A DNA stretch of 64,000 nucleotides from Carcharhinus amblyrhynchos (lineage: Eukaryota): NCBI GenBank assembly GCA_965287045.1, contig OZ336870.1, positions 32,054,001 through 32,118,000 on the forward strand, read 5' to 3'. The notes under the pieces were generated by a model. The model was given only the letters and a program-made list of their open reading frames with translations. It searched no databases and was not told the origin of the DNA. Made by a program: the position numbers and the translations under genes. Position 1 is the first letter of the stretch. Each line of letters begins with the position of its first letter. Positions 63,177 to 64,000 of this stretch are shown here, in pieces.

Positions 63177-64000
63177 CATAAGTGCTCTTGGAATCGGGGG
63201 TAGTTTAATAGCATGGATAGAGGAGTGGTTAATGGACATGAAATCTTTTCCTGATCTGGCTCCCCCCTATTCAACCTCCAGCCGTAAAAGCCCCTGAGAT
63301 GTCTGAAGTGCTCCGAATATGGCCTATTGCAAATGTGGTAAATTTGTGGGCGCGCTGCGATGTCTTCAGCTGTTTACAGTCTAGGCTCCGAAATTTCCTC
63401 CGGAAACCTCTCTACCTGCTCTCCTTCTTTCAGACATTCCTTCAGATTTACCTTTGTAATCAGGCTTTTGGTCACTTGGCCTATTATGTGACTTAGTGTC
63501 TGAGTTTGCCTGATAACGTGCTTTGGAACGTTTTACAACATTAGTGCACCGTATGGGTGCAAGTTGTAGTTTTCAGCCAAGTCTTGTAATTAACTTTTAA
63601 ATATATTAATGGACTCTACATCTATATAAATGGATGTATTTTAGTTATGAGGCACACTTTGTACTTGGGTTAAAGCATCTGCAATGAAAGTGTTAATGTG
63701 AATCCTTACGAATCTATTAGCTCAATCACCACATTTGTGTCTCAGTTGGAAGCATCCATACATGTCACTGTTTTCAGAAGAGTTTGAGGAAACTTCTCAA
63801 AGAGGCGGGAGTGATGGCATTCTTTCAAGAACTCCAGCCAATTTAATAACCATTTCAAAACTTTGAAGACCAGCTGGGATGCAGCTGAAGTGGATTTTAT
63901 GCTTTTAGCTACGAATGTTGGTAAGTGTCCAAATCCACTTCCTCCCATACATTGTCACTGAAGAAAGGGAATGCCATTTGTTCTTCATAGGTTAATGATC

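Noticed and set aside
20400-64000. ACAA2 or another expected syntenic neighbour
   Set aside because: No thiolase C-terminal motifs (GHPLG, CIGGGQG) were found on either strand.

Overview
Vertebrate genomic DNA, almost certainly from a cartilaginous fish (shark/elasmobranch), judged from the dense HE1-type V-SINEs and CR1 LINEs. The one securely supported protein-coding gene is the 3' part of an endothelial lipase gene (LIPG) on the + strand. Seven exons (equivalent to exons 4-10, 3344-19880) have canonical GT/AG ends and consistent phases. They encode the Ser-Asp-His triad, a 19-residue lid and an RSKR furin site, followed by a 3' UTR to about 20.35 kb. The other ~44 kb has no recognisable host gene and is mostly interspersed repeats: young ORF-intact 5'-truncated CR1 LINEs nested in older LINEs, Rex1-like and RTE fragments, at least three SINE families, Penelope-like pLTR fragments with minimal hammerhead ribozyme motifs, and PIF/Harbinger MITEs plus a decayed two-gene Harbinger element carrying a 20-bp minisatellite. 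There is one 161-N assembly gap. I found no convincing wholly novel system. The most interesting observations are one V-SINE core with two alternative LINE-derived tails, an intact-looking minimal hammerhead, and stacked Harbinger elements. Repeat family names come from recalled consensus features, not a database search, and repeat boundaries are approximate.
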